Shown here: piece by piece, positions 28,043 to 37,134 of the stretch
Numbering within the stretch: the first letter of the stretch is position 1
How the letters are laid out: the number at the start of each line of letters is the position of its first letter
NCBI GenBank assembly: GCA_047617745.1
Contig: JBLGBN010000004.1
Location: 1 to 39,911 of the forward strand
DNA: 39,911 nucleotides
Origin: Candidatus Nanohaloarchaea archaeon
GTDB lineage: Archaea; Nanohalarchaeota; Nanosalinia; Nanosalinales; Nanosalinaceae
Reading direction: 5' to 3'
Program-made: the position numbers and the translations under genes
The notes under the pieces: model-generated
The model's database searches: none
What the model was told of the DNA's origin: nothing
Seen by the model: only the letters and a program-made list of their open reading frames with translations

Positions 28043-28090
28043 CCGGCGTGAAGCCGGCTCTACATTTTCTATTACCTTATTCTTTTTATT
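28043..28090 (+). terminator. Hairpin plus T-rich tract after rplP0
   Basis: CCGGC-GTGAA-GCCGG (28043-28057) followed by ttttctattaccttattctttttatt. Confidence 0.55.
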
Positions 28091-28103
28091 CAAATGAGAT
28101 TAA

Positions 28104-29288
28104 TTGAGGTCTGTGAAACATAAAACACTAGCAGTATTTCTACTGATATTAACATCTGTATCAGCGGTATCTGCAGAGCTGCCTGAGGACGCAACAGTAG
28201 AGACAGAAAGCGGTGTCGAGATTGGAAACCAGGTAGAAACGAGAAGTACCTCACCCGGTTTACCCAGTCGTTTAGGAAACTTTGTTGATGAGAATAAACA
28301 TTACATTCCTGGAGTTGATCGGGAACCTGCGACGAAAACAGAACTGATAATGGAGGCAAGGGTGGACGCAACTCAGCTAAGTCAGAAAGAAGTGGGTGCA
28401 GTATCAGGAGTTCCTGGGGTAAAGGTCAGGCTCAGCGACGTCACCGTCGGAGAAGTCGTAGAGAAAGCCAGGGACAGACGCGCCAAAACCAACTGGAATA
28501 AATATGCACAAGAAGCAGTGAACAGTATGGGCGTTTATGATCACAGCAGCAGGCCCATCGAAGTGGATAGCCCAGCGGACGTCAGTGTGAACGGCCACAG
28601 CTTCGTGGTTTCCAGCGATGGATATGTTTTTACAGAGGGCCAGGGATGGGCAGCACCACACTGCTGGGACGGTCTCAACTACCAGCCTCCAGAGTTCGAT
28701 GAATCACTAGTACCACAGGTCGATCCCAACCTCTCCACAACCTCACCAGGCGAGGAATGCCCATCCTGGGTAAGCGAGTCGAACCTTGAATGGCTTCCCC
28801 AAGGAGAAGAGCTAGCCCGGCCGGAAACATACTGCGCAGATATTCTTGGGAAACCAACTGCAGTTGAACTGGAGAAAAGACCCTCACCCGCATCCACCGA
28901 TAAACTCGAAAGAATATACTACGAGGGCGGAGAAAACGCAGTGGTTAAAACAGAATGTGTCAGAGAGAAGCTTGTACCTATGTGTGGTAAAGGCGATCCT
29001 AATAACTACTGCAAAAAGATGAACGTCAAACTCTGCAACTACTTCGATGCAAACTGCGGGAAAGCAGAAGATGTTACCATCGAAGAAGGAATGACCTGGA
29101 CATCCTACTGCGGCAACGAAACCAGTACTGACACGCTTGAAGGCAAGAAAACCTGTATAACCGAGAGAATAGGGCCTGAATGCGCAGGCCAGCCCGGTAC
29201 CGAGTGTACAAGAACCATGAGTTCACTGTGCTCCTATCTAGGCCTGGGATATAACCAGACCGGAAACGTCTGCGAGGTCGGATCTTAA
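28104..29288 (+). CDS. Secreted cysteine-rich protein
   Basis: N-terminal signal peptide (KHKTLAVFLLILTSVSAVSA|E); 14 Cys in the C-terminal portion including a duplicated 4-Cys unit; start TTG 28104 or GTG 28113. Confidence 0.75.
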   Translation: MRSVKHKTLAVFLLILTSVSAVSAELPEDATVETESGVEIGNQVETRSTSPGLPSRLGNFVDENKHYIPGVDREPATKTELIMEARVDATQLSQKEVGAVSGVPGVKVRLSDVTVGEVVEKARDRRAKTNWNKYAQEAVNSMGVYDHSSRPIEVDSPADVSVNGHSFVVSSDGYVFTEGQGWAAPHCWDGLNYQPPEFDESLVPQVDPNLSTTSPGEECPSWVSESNLEWLPQGEELARPETYCADILGKPTAVELEKRPSPASTDKLERIYYEGGENAVVKTECVREKLVPMCGKGDPNNYCKKMNVKLCNYFDANCGKAEDVTIEEGMTWTSYCGNETSTDTLEGKKTCITERIGPECAGQPGTECTRTMSSLCSYLGLGYNQTGNVCEVGS

Positions 29289-29554
29289 TGGACAAAACTA
29301 TGGCTGTGATAATCGGGGCGACAGCAGTACTTGTCTCAGGCATGATGGTACTGGCTATTTTCAACAGCAATATATCCGGGCTCAATTCAGATCTTAACTC
29401 TACAAGTGAGAGAGGCTGCGAGTTCCAGGTAGAGAACGCCGACGATCCTGAGGATATTTCAGAAAGATGCAGGCCTGAAGGCGGGGTTGACAGGTTTATC
29501 CTTAGAAACGATGAATCGGTTATTGACGCGGTAACAGGCGGCGGGTCTGGTTGA
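29288..29554 (+). CDS. Small pilin-like membrane-anchored protein
   Basis: N-terminal hydrophobic helix MAVIIGATAVLVSGMMVLAIF, amphipathic continuation and a Cys pair; TAATG overlap with the upstream gene. Confidence 0.6.
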   Translation: MDKTMAVIIGATAVLVSGMMVLAIFNSNISGLNSDLNSTSERGCEFQVENADDPEDISERCRPEGGVDRFILRNDESVIDAVTGGGSG

Positions 29555-29561
29555 ACTGCGA

Positions 29562-30272
29562 TCAGATATTATCAATAAACCTGTCCGCTTTCTCGGCTTC
29601 CGACGATATAATTTTCTCTATTTTCTTCCTATTTCCGATCTCAAGGGCTTTCCGCATCGATTTCTCCCGGGAATAGAGAGTTTCTTCAAAACTATCTATC
29701 CTGAATTTTTCCTCACCTAGAACAAAATAATCATCCTCTATATCCCCTTCTTCATCCACAAGAGCGCCTAGTTCCGGTTCGAAATCTTTCTCAGCCAAGA
29801 CGTTTTGAAGGAACTTCGGGTAGTTGATCTGGTAGTAACTGGATCTGGAGTAGAAACGGAAAGGATATTCACCTAATTTCTGCAGAAGTTCGGCAAATCT
29901 TTCAGCATTACCGATATCATCTGTCTGGTACATAGGCGTGCCGTTACTGTTGACACTGACCGATGTCTGGATTCGTGTGAGGAGTTCGTTTATTTCCGGG
30001 AAATCAAATTCCGGGTTTTCAATAGTACTGCTTCTACCTTTGCCTTTAACTGCTTCAATATTGATACTCCTTTCTCCAAGTAGCTCAATAACTAGTTCCG
30101 CTGGCAGGAATGAATCCTTGTTCTTCCAGTTGTACATTTTGGAACTCGAGAACTCAGATTCTCTACAGAAGGATTTTATACCTCCTTCTTCCTCTATTTG
30201 GTTCCAGAAACCCTTTTCAGATTCTTCTGTTAATTTCAGGCGGACGTTTTCTGGCAGATTTGAAAGATTCAC
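29562..30272 (-). CDS. Hypothetical DNA-binding protein, possibly HTH plus degenerate LAGLIDADG fold
   Basis: HTH-like IKSFCRESEFSSSKMYNWK and LGALVDEEGDI resembling a LAGLIDADG helix. Confidence 0.55.
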   Translation of the reverse strand: MNLSNLPENVRLKLTEESEKGFWNQIEEEGGIKSFCRESEFSSSKMYNWKNKDSFLPAELVIELLGERSINIEAVKGKGRSSTIENPEFDFPEINELLTRIQTSVSVNSNGTPMYQTDDIGNAERFAELLQKLGEYPFRFYSRSSYYQINYPKFLQNVLAEKDFEPELGALVDEEGDIEDDYFVLGEEKFRIDSFEETLYSREKSMRKALEIGNRKKIEKIISSEAEKADRFIDNI

Positions 30273-30348
30273 TGTATTTGTACTCAGTTATGTACAGAGT
30301 CTTTTTAATAGTGAACACCTCTTGGTATTTCATTCAGGTGAATCAACA

Positions 30349-30669
30349 ATGGAACTAGTATACGCAGCACTGACCCTGCACGAAGCAGGAAAAGAAGTTA
30401 ACGAAGAAAACCTTCAGTCAATCGTCGACGCAGCAGACCTAGACGTCGAAGACTCAGAAGTCAAGGCTCTAGTCGCAGCACTCGAAGACGTAGATATCGA
30501 AGAAGCAATGGAAACAGCAGTCGCAGCAGGCGGCGCACCAGCACCTTCCGGCGGATCCGCAGACGAAGGAGGAGAAGCAGAAGAGGAAGAAGCTGACGAA
30601 GAAGGCGGCGACGAAGAAGAAGCTGCAGACGAAGACGAAGCAGCTGAAGGCCTAGGAGACCTATTCTAA
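30349..30669 (+). CDS. rpl12: 50S ribosomal stalk protein P1/L12
   Basis: MELVYAALTLH, VKALVAALE, Ala/acidic hinge and C-terminal GLGDLF; AGGTGA SD at 30336-30341; the ORF-track start 29938 is an over-extension. Confidence 0.96.
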   Translation: MELVYAALTLHEAGKEVNEENLQSIVDAADLDVEDSEVKALVAALEDVDIEEAMETAVAAGGAPAPSGGSADEGGEAEEEEADEEGGDEEEAADEDEAAEGLGDLF

Positions 30670-30670
30670 G

Positions 30671-30711
30671 GTCTTCAACCTTCTTTTTCCCTTTATACCC
30701 TTTTCTATTTT
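30671..30711 (+). terminator. T-rich terminator-like tract after rpl12
   Basis: ccttctttttccctttatacccttttctatttt after the stop codon. Confidence 0.5.
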
Positions 30712-30734
30712 AAGCTCAAGTACAAAATTGACAT

Positions 30735-31505
30735 ATGTCCCTAAACGTTACGGACACGGTAAAGTCAACATTTGGAAGCCTTAAGACAGAAACCGGAATG
30801 AAAGTTCTCGGACTGATGTTCGCAGTCCAGCTGGTAAACATGGCTGCATCCATGATGCTGGAAATGGGAGCTATGGCATCTGTAGCCGGAGGAGTTCTGA
30901 CATTTGCTGCAGCGATTGCAGGCATAGTAATAACAGTCGGAGCTCTCCGTTCGTTTGATACAGAGACTATAAGCCGGGAACAGTATACTGAAAACCTTCT
31001 GTGGCCAGTAATAAGACTTACAGGAGCAAATGTAGTTACAACAATACTGGCGTACGGAATCGCAGTCGTAGCACTTCTACCCGCAGTACTAGCTGCAGTA
31101 GCCTTAGGAGCAGGAACATCTGTAGGTACAGGCGCACTTGCCGGAGCAGGTTTACCGGTAGCCTTACTTGGAGTAGCCGGTTTCATTGCCGGAATCGCAG
31201 CATTCCTCTACATCTTCCTGACCCTGGTTGTCTCAATGCCTATGGTTGCGGCAGATGACAGACGAATGTTTGAAGCGCTGGACAAGAGCATCCAGAGAAC
31301 AAAAGGAAGTAAGTTCTCGATGTTCCTATCAATTCTACCAATAGGCGTAGTATATCTGATAGGAGTTGGAATCATCATAGCTCTTGCACCTTCACCTGGA
31401 GGAAGTCTGAGCGCACCCTTTGCAGTGGCAGCTTCAGTAGTCTCATCTCTAGTAGCAGTCCTGATGTACTCACTGCTAAACCAGTACCATCAGCGGCTTC
31501 CATAA
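30735..31505 (+). CDS. Multi-pass membrane protein (paralog A)
   Basis: About 6 hydrophobic helices; GALRSF, RLTGAN and DRRMFEALDKSIQRTKG motifs. Confidence 0.8.
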   Translation: MSLNVTDTVKSTFGSLKTETGMKVLGLMFAVQLVNMAASMMLEMGAMASVAGGVLTFAAAIAGIVITVGALRSFDTETISREQYTENLLWPVIRLTGANVVTTILAYGIAVVALLPAVLAAVALGAGTSVGTGALAGAGLPVALLGVAGFIAGIAAFLYIFLTLVVSMPMVAADDRRMFEALDKSIQRTKGSKFSMFLSILPIGVVYLIGVGIIIALAPSPGGSLSAPFAVAASVVSSLVAVLMYSLLNQYHQRLP

Positions 31506-31573
31506 AAAACACTTATCCTTTCTTTCTTCTTTTTCCCAACCGGTTTTAAACAAGAATCCATAAAGGTTCAAGT

Positions 31574-32341
31574 ATGACACTGAATACCGCTGAAACTGTA
31601 AAATCGGCACTCGGAAACCTGACAACCCAACTCGGCGCATCACTTGTAGCAGTTATATTCTTCCTGCAGGTCACAAGCACCCTGGCCGGAAACATGACAG
31701 GAACAGGTTTAACCGGTACAGCGGGAACCCTTCTATCACTAATCCTTTTCGGCGCCACAGTAGTTGTAGCTCTAGGCGCACTTAGATCATTCGAATCAGG
31801 TGAACTGGAGAAAACACATTTCACCGAGAACCTAGCTATACCCATCCTTAGACTGGGAGGAGCCAATATAGTAATAACTGCCTTCGCAGTTCTGGCATTC
31901 GCACCGCTGGGAGCACTCTCATCAGCAATCGGAGGAACAGGAATAGCTGAAGCCGGCGCAGCCGCACTTATAATCAGTTTAACCGGTATAACAGTAAGCT
32001 TCGCAGCCTTCTTCTACGCAGTCCTCGCACTATGCCTCTCACTACCCGAGATAGCGGTCAAAGACAGGCGAATGTTCAAGGCCCTCGACAGCAGCGTACA
32101 ACGGACAAGAGGGCACAAAAAACAGATGATGCTCGCTCTAACCCCTGTAATCCTGCTTTACACAGTAAGCCTTCTGGTAAACCTTGGAACCGCCGGAAAC
32201 GGGCTAGCATCCAACCCTGTGATAATCATCTTCACAGGATTCCTGGGCGCAGTAACCGCAGTAACGGTCTACTCCACACTCATCGAGTTCCATCAGAGGA
32301 TCGGAGAAGAGGACGGAAACAAGGAAGACGGCTTTTTCTAA
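31574..32341 (+). CDS. Multi-pass membrane protein (paralog B, tandem duplicate)
   Basis: Same length class and motifs as paralog A: GALRSF, RLGGAN, DRRMFKALDSSVQRTRG. Confidence 0.8.
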   Translation: MTLNTAETVKSALGNLTTQLGASLVAVIFFLQVTSTLAGNMTGTGLTGTAGTLLSLILFGATVVVALGALRSFESGELEKTHFTENLAIPILRLGGANIVITAFAVLAFAPLGALSSAIGGTGIAEAGAAALIISLTGITVSFAAFFYAVLALCLSLPEIAVKDRRMFKALDSSVQRTRGHKKQMMLALTPVILLYTVSLLVNLGTAGNGLASNPVIIIFTGFLGAVTAVTVYSTLIEFHQRIGEEDGNKEDGFF

Positions 32342-32383
32342 CCCGTCATATCTGATAAAAAAATACAGGGAAAACAGATAGAC

Positions 32384-35176
32384 ATGGCAGAACTGGAAAA
32401 ACTCAAGAAACAGATCAAACAGGAAGCCTCCGAGAACCCGGAAAAATTCTTCGCCACAGAAGTGCTCAGAGAAAAAGGATTCACACGGGGAAAATGCGCC
32501 AACTGCGGAATGCATTTCTGGAGTTCAGATGAAGAAAGAAAGGTATGCGGAGAACCGGAATGCTCCGGCGGATATACTTTTATCGGAGACTCACCTATCG
32601 AGGATACCTATAGCTACACGGAAGCTTGGGAAAAATACCGGGACTTCATGACCTCAAGAGGATACGAGTCAATCGATAGATATCCTGTAGTGGCCAGATG
32701 GAGGGATGATGTAGAATTTGTCGGAGGATCTATCTACTGCTTTCAGCCTTACGTAGTTTCAGGAGAGGCAGAACCCCCAGCAGAAGAACTGATAATACCA
32801 CAGCCATCGCTCAGGTTCAACGATATTGACAACGTCGGGATAACCGGGAGACACTACGTTTTACACAACCATATCGGACAGACTTGTTTCAAACGTGAAA
32901 ACTACGATCAAAACAGGTACTTCCGCGACATGTTCGAGTTCGCGGTAGAAGAACTCGGAATACCGGAAGAGAAACTTATACTTCACGAAGATGCCTGGGG
33001 TGGCGGAGGCAATTTAGGTGCTTGCATGGAATTCTTTGTCGACGGACTGGAGCTCTGGAACCAGGTCTACATGTTCTACAAACAGACACCGGAAGGCTAC
33101 GAAGAACTGGACCTGAAGGTACTCGACATGGGGATGGGACACGAAAGAATCACCTGGATCTCCCACGGCACCGAAACCTCTTACGAATGTGTCATGCCGG
33201 AAACCCTGGAGAAAATGAAGGAAAGAACCGGACTTGAGGTAAACGATAATATATGGCAGGACTTCCTCCCACACTCCTCCAAACTGAACGTTGACGAGGT
33301 AGATGATATAGACCAGAAATGGGAGGAAATTGCCGATGAAATAGAGGTAGATGTCGACCGGCTAAAGGACGAGATTAAACCGACCGCAGCGCTTTACTCG
33401 GTTGCGGAGCACTCCCGGGCATTACTGTTTGCATTGGCGGATGGAAAACTGCCTTCAAACACTGGCGGCGGACATAATTTACGGGTTATCTACCGGCGGG
33501 CGCAGGACTTCATCGAAAAATACGACTGGGATCTGGATATGAAAGAGGTCGCAGAGTGGAACGCCCGCGAGTTAAACTCGATGTTCCCGGAGCTGCTTGA
33601 ATCAATCGACGAGGTAAAAGATATACTTGAAGTAGAGGAGGAAAAATACAGGAAAGCACGGGAAAAAGCCGAAAGAGAACTGGGAAGCCTGGAAAACCAG
33701 CCTTCAGTCGAACAGATGATCGAGCTCTACGAATCACACGGTGTATCCCCAGAGATGATGGAGGAAGCAGGTTTTGAAGTCCCTGAGGATTTCTACGCAA
33801 TGGTCGCCTCAGAAGATGAAACGGTCGAACAGGTAGAGGAAGAGTTTGACCTTGAAGGCGTGGAAACGACGGAGAAAATCTACTACAGCGACGAGTACAG
33901 GAAAGAGATGAAGGCCGAAGTGAAAGCGGTAAGAGATGAATGGATTGTTTTAGATAGAACGGTCTTCTACCCGGAGGGAGGAGGACAGGAACCGGACAAA
34001 GGGGAGCTGGTGCACGGAGACAACGAGTACCGGGTCACCGACGTGCAGAAGCAGGGAGAAGTAATCCTACACAAGGTTCCGGAGCACAGCCTGGAGAAAA
34101 GAGACGAAGTCGAGGGAAGGATCAACTGGGAAAGACGGTTCCAGCTGATGCAACACCACTCCACAACACACCTGGTAAACGGTGCCTCAGTCGAAATACT
34201 TGGAAACCACATCAACCAGGCTGGAGCCCACAAAACAGTCGAAAAAGGAAGGCTCGATATAACACATTACGAGAAACTGTCAAGAGAAGAACTTGACGAA
34301 ATAGAGGAAGAAGTACGGGAAAACATATGGAAAGATCTGAAAATCAAACGTGAAAAACTGAGGAAAGCCGAAGCAGAACAGAAATACGGTTTCAGGATAT
34401 ACCAGGGAGGCGCACCACCTGGAAACAAAGTTCGTATCATAAAGATAGTAGATGAGGAGGAAAACAAGGTAGTCGACGTTGAGGCATGCGGAGGAACACA
34501 TCTAGATAAGACATCGGAGGCAGAAGAGTTCCTGATAACATCAAGCAACAAGGTTCAGGACGGAGTGATCAGGTTAAACTACAAGGCAGGAGAAGCCGCA
34601 GAACAGCACATTAACCAGATCAGAACCCGCATAGAAAAGATTGCGGATAAACTTGGCGTAGAAAAACCAGAAAACCACAGGGAGGCGCAGAGAAAGCTCT
34701 GCTCGATCTTCTCAGTCGAGCCCGAACATCTTGAATCCACGGTTGAGAACTTCCTAGAGGACAACGACGGGCTTGAGTCGAAGATTGTAAGCCTTTCCAG
34801 ATACCTAGACGAGAAACAGCAGGTTCCACGGATCGAGAGCGATACACTCGTAGAGAGAGCGGAAAGCCTGTTTGACGTCCGTAAACAGAGAGAAAAGACA
34901 CTGGAAAACCTAGAATCAGAGGTAGAGCATAAAGTCCGGTCAGAAATGGAGGAACGCTTCGTTGAAGAGGAAATCCCGACAGAGAATATAGGCCTATTGA
35001 TACAGGTAGCGCGGAAACTGGCTAAAGACCAGCAAGCATCAGTCACGCTTGTAGGCAAGCAGGGAGCTGTATCAGCTTCATTCCACGAGGACTTTGACGC
35101 AGATAAGAACCTAGAGAAGTACGGAACAAATATACAGGGCGATGAAAACTTCGCAAAAACTTTTGACCTGAAATAA
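32384..35176 (+). CDS. alaS: Alanine--tRNA ligase (archaeal type)
   Basis: N-terminal CxxC Zn knuckle, YPVVARWRDD, RFNDIDNVGITGRH, DMGMGHER, FYPEGGGQ, QHHSTTH and CGGTH editing motifs. Confidence 0.96.
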   Translation: MAELEKLKKQIKQEASENPEKFFATEVLREKGFTRGKCANCGMHFWSSDEERKVCGEPECSGGYTFIGDSPIEDTYSYTEAWEKYRDFMTSRGYESIDRYPVVARWRDDVEFVGGSIYCFQPYVVSGEAEPPAEELIIPQPSLRFNDIDNVGITGRHYVLHNHIGQTCFKRENYDQNRYFRDMFEFAVEELGIPEEKLILHEDAWGGGGNLGACMEFFVDGLELWNQVYMFYKQTPEGYEELDLKVLDMGMGHERITWISHGTETSYECVMPETLEKMKERTGLEVNDNIWQDFLPHSSKLNVDEVDDIDQKWEEIADEIEVDVDRLKDEIKPTAALYSVAEHSRALLFALADGKLPSNTGGGHNLRVIYRRAQDFIEKYDWDLDMKEVAEWNARELNSMFPELLESIDEVKDILEVEEEKYRKAREKAERELGSLENQPSVEQMIELYESHGVSPEMMEEAGFEVPEDFYAMVASEDETVEQVEEEFDLEGVETTEKIYYSDEYRKEMKAEVKAVRDEWIVLDRTVFYPEGGGQEPDKGELVHGDNEYRVTDVQKQGEVILHKVPEHSLEKRDEVEGRINWERRFQLMQHHSTTHLVNGASVEILGNHINQAGAHKTVEKGRLDITHYEKLSREELDEIEEEVRENIWKDLKIKREKLRKAEAEQKYGFRIYQGGAPPGNKVRIIKIVDEEENKVVDVEACGGTHLDKTSEAEEFLITSSNKVQDGVIRLNYKAGEAAEQHINQIRTRIEKIADKLGVEKPENHREAQRKLCSIFSVEPEHLESTVENFLEDNDGLESKIVSLSRYLDEKQQVPRIESDTLVERAESLFDVRKQREKTLENLESEVEHKVRSEMEERFVEEEIPTENIGLLIQVARKLAKDQQASVTLVGKQGAVSASFHEDFDADKNLEKYGTNIQGDENFAKTFDLK

Positions 35177-35177
35177 G

Positions 35178-35828
35178 CTAGTAATTCCGCTCTACAGAGG
35201 GATCATCGCAGCCATACTCATGGAATGAAATACTGTTTCCAACTTCATCGACCGAGATACTTCCCCTGCCATTCGTCGTCTTAACCCTCTGACCTATTTT
35301 CTCTCCTGAACTGAAAACCTCCAGAACCACAGGAACTTCCTCCACAACCCTGATCTGGGCCGTGGTAACACCGTCCTGGGAACTAACACCGTAAACCTTT
35401 ACCCCGGCTCCCTCTTCTCCAGAACACTGAGGAGTTGTAATCCCTGAACCTTCAATATAGCTGAAAACGCCGGCCATACCGAGAACAATCAGTAAAGAAC
35501 CCCCAAGAACAGCCAGTGCTTTCCTGTTAAAATTCAGATTTGGGAGGGTGAAACCTGGGATTGATGGGCCGGAATCTTCTTTTTCTTCCTCATTGTCCGA
35601 GGAAACCCGGGAGCTGAACTCCATTTCCATTTCATCGGAAGAGCTTTCTTCCTCAACGTTCTCAGAATCCTCCTGGAAAGGATCATCGCCGATATCGGCG
35701 GAGTTTTCAACCTCCTCTATGAGATGAGGGTCATGTCCTGTGTTCTTCAGGCTCTTCCTTATCCTGTCCTTCTCAACTCCTTCCTCCAGTTTCTTCTGGA
35801 TCCATTCCTTGATTTTTTCGTTAGCCAC
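35178..35828 (-). CDS. Single-pass membrane protein: small N-terminal helical domain, acidic linker, TM, beta domain with 2 Cys
   Basis: Visible domain layout in the 216-aa ORF. Confidence 0.7.
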   Translation of the reverse strand: MANEKIKEWIQKKLEEGVEKDRIRKSLKNTGHDPHLIEEVENSADIGDDPFQEDSENVEEESSSDEMEMEFSSRVSSDNEEEKEDSGPSIPGFTLPNLNFNRKALAVLGGSLLIVLGMAGVFSYIEGSGITTPQCSGEEGAGVKVYGVSSQDGVTTAQIRVVEEVPVVLEVFSSGEKIGQRVKTTNGRGSISVDEVGNSISFHEYGCDDPSVERNY

Positions 35829-35860
35829 AGGAATGACTCAGTGCTGGTTAAATAAAATGT

Positions 35861-36361
35861 TTACAGGCACTGCGCTGACTGGTCTCCCAAACTCCGGAAA
35901 ACATCACATACAGCGTCTGAAACCTGCGGGGCTGTGACATTATCAGGCTGTGAAACACCTGATCCTCCGGTAACTACTGCTGAAGGAAAGTCGACCAGAC
36001 CGTAACTTATGAGAATTTCCGAGCTTGATGACGAACTGGCAACACTGACGTAGACACGGTTATCAAACCTGTTCGGAAGGTTCTGAAGCTGCTGCAGCTG
36101 CTCTTTCTGACTCTCGTTCTCGTAGAAAGCGTTAACGAAAACAATATCCTCGTTATACGCGAGAACCTGCTGCTCCCTGAGCGACATGTTGTACGGCGTT
36201 TCCTGGTAGTTCTGCTCAGGTACCACGGCGTTAAATTCTCCCTGGCTGTTCTGCTGCCCGCCACCGGTTATACCGGCGTAACTGGCTATACCTCCGAAAG
36301 CAAAACCTCCACCAATCAAAATTGCAACTACAAGTATCCCGATCTGTTTTGCATTTACCAT
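35861..36361 (-). CDS. Membrane-anchored/secreted hypothetical protein
   Basis: ATG 36361 (MVNAKQIGILVVAILIGGG) gives an N-terminal TM and avoids overlap with the divergent gene; C-terminal Cys pair. Confidence 0.7.
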   Translation of the reverse strand: MVNAKQIGILVVAILIGGGFAFGGIASYAGITGGGQQNSQGEFNAVVPEQNYQETPYNMSLREQQVLAYNEDIVFVNAFYENESQKEQLQQLQNLPNRFDNRVYVSVASSSSSSEILISYGLVDFPSAVVTGGSGVSQPDNVTAPQVSDAVCDVFRSLGDQSAQCL

Positions 36362-36434
36362 GTCATGTTCTCGATCAGGAAGCCATAAAAACCTATCCAT
36401 AGGGATTAAAGTGTTTGGAGACAAGGTAGGAAAT

Positions 36435-36836
36435 ATGATAGTAGGATTCAACGTAGACTCTCTCAATGCGGAAAAAAACCGTGGGACAAAGAACGGCAAC
36501 GTACAGGTAAACTACAGCCCGGAGATCAAGTCCGTGGAGAAAGCGCAGATAAATGCTTTCGACGACGAAGTAGCAAAGATTGACTTCAGCTTCACAGTCA
36601 GCTACAACGTAGGAGAACAGACAGCAGCCAGCATCGTGCTTGAGGGAAATATCCTCTGGAACGGTAAAAACAACGATGAGGTAATCGAAACGTGGGAGGA
36701 AGACGGAAAACTGCCGGAAAATGTGAACAAGCACATCATGAACGACCTCTACAGAAAATGCATCTCCCAGTCAGTAGGAGTAGCAGACACACTTGGTCTG
36801 ATCCCACCGGTTCCAACACCGCGGATCAACGAGTAA
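36435..36836 (+). CDS. Conserved archaeal hypothetical protein (possible SecB-like beta-sheet/helix fold)
   Basis: ATG 36435 (MIVGFNVDSLNAEK); FSFTVSY, IVLEG and C-terminal LGLIPPVPTP pattern. Confidence 0.7.
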   Translation: MIVGFNVDSLNAEKNRGTKNGNVQVNYSPEIKSVEKAQINAFDDEVAKIDFSFTVSYNVGEQTAASIVLEGNILWNGKNNDEVIETWEEDGKLPENVNKHIMNDLYRKCISQSVGVADTLGLIPPVPTPRINE

Positions 36837-36927
36837 CTACCTCTCGTCCCACAATTTCTCTTATATTCTCTATTTTCCTTATCTTCCTATCCAAAAACTT
36901 ATACCTGTCACCTCCAATGATTAAGGT

Positions 36928-37134
36928 ATGACTGGGGAAAAACGGGAAGAACGCCTGAAGAAAGATATAGACGCGATGGCGAAAGTAGTGGAAGAGAACA
37001 GAGAAGGATTAAGCAAGCTCGCAGAAGAAGATGAAGCAGAGAAGAAAAGAGGTAGAGGGATCAAAGGCTACCTTAAGAAGATTAAGAACCGTTTAAAAGA
37101 TAAGAGAGCGGAAACAGTAGAGATACACGTCTAA
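36928..37134 (+). CDS. Small charged helical protein (possible Doc-type antitoxin)
   Basis: 68 aa containing MAKVVEENREGLSKLAE; converges on the Fic gene with a 4-nt overlap. Confidence 0.5.
   Translation: MTGEKREERLKKDIDAMAKVVEENREGLSKLAEEDEAEKKRGRGIKGYLKKIKNRLKDKRAETVEIHV

Noticed and set aside
29938..30348. Apparent 137-aa N-terminal extension of rpl12 in the ORF track
   Set aside because: It is largely the antisense of gene 29562..30272; the canonical MELVYAAL start with an SD lies at 30349
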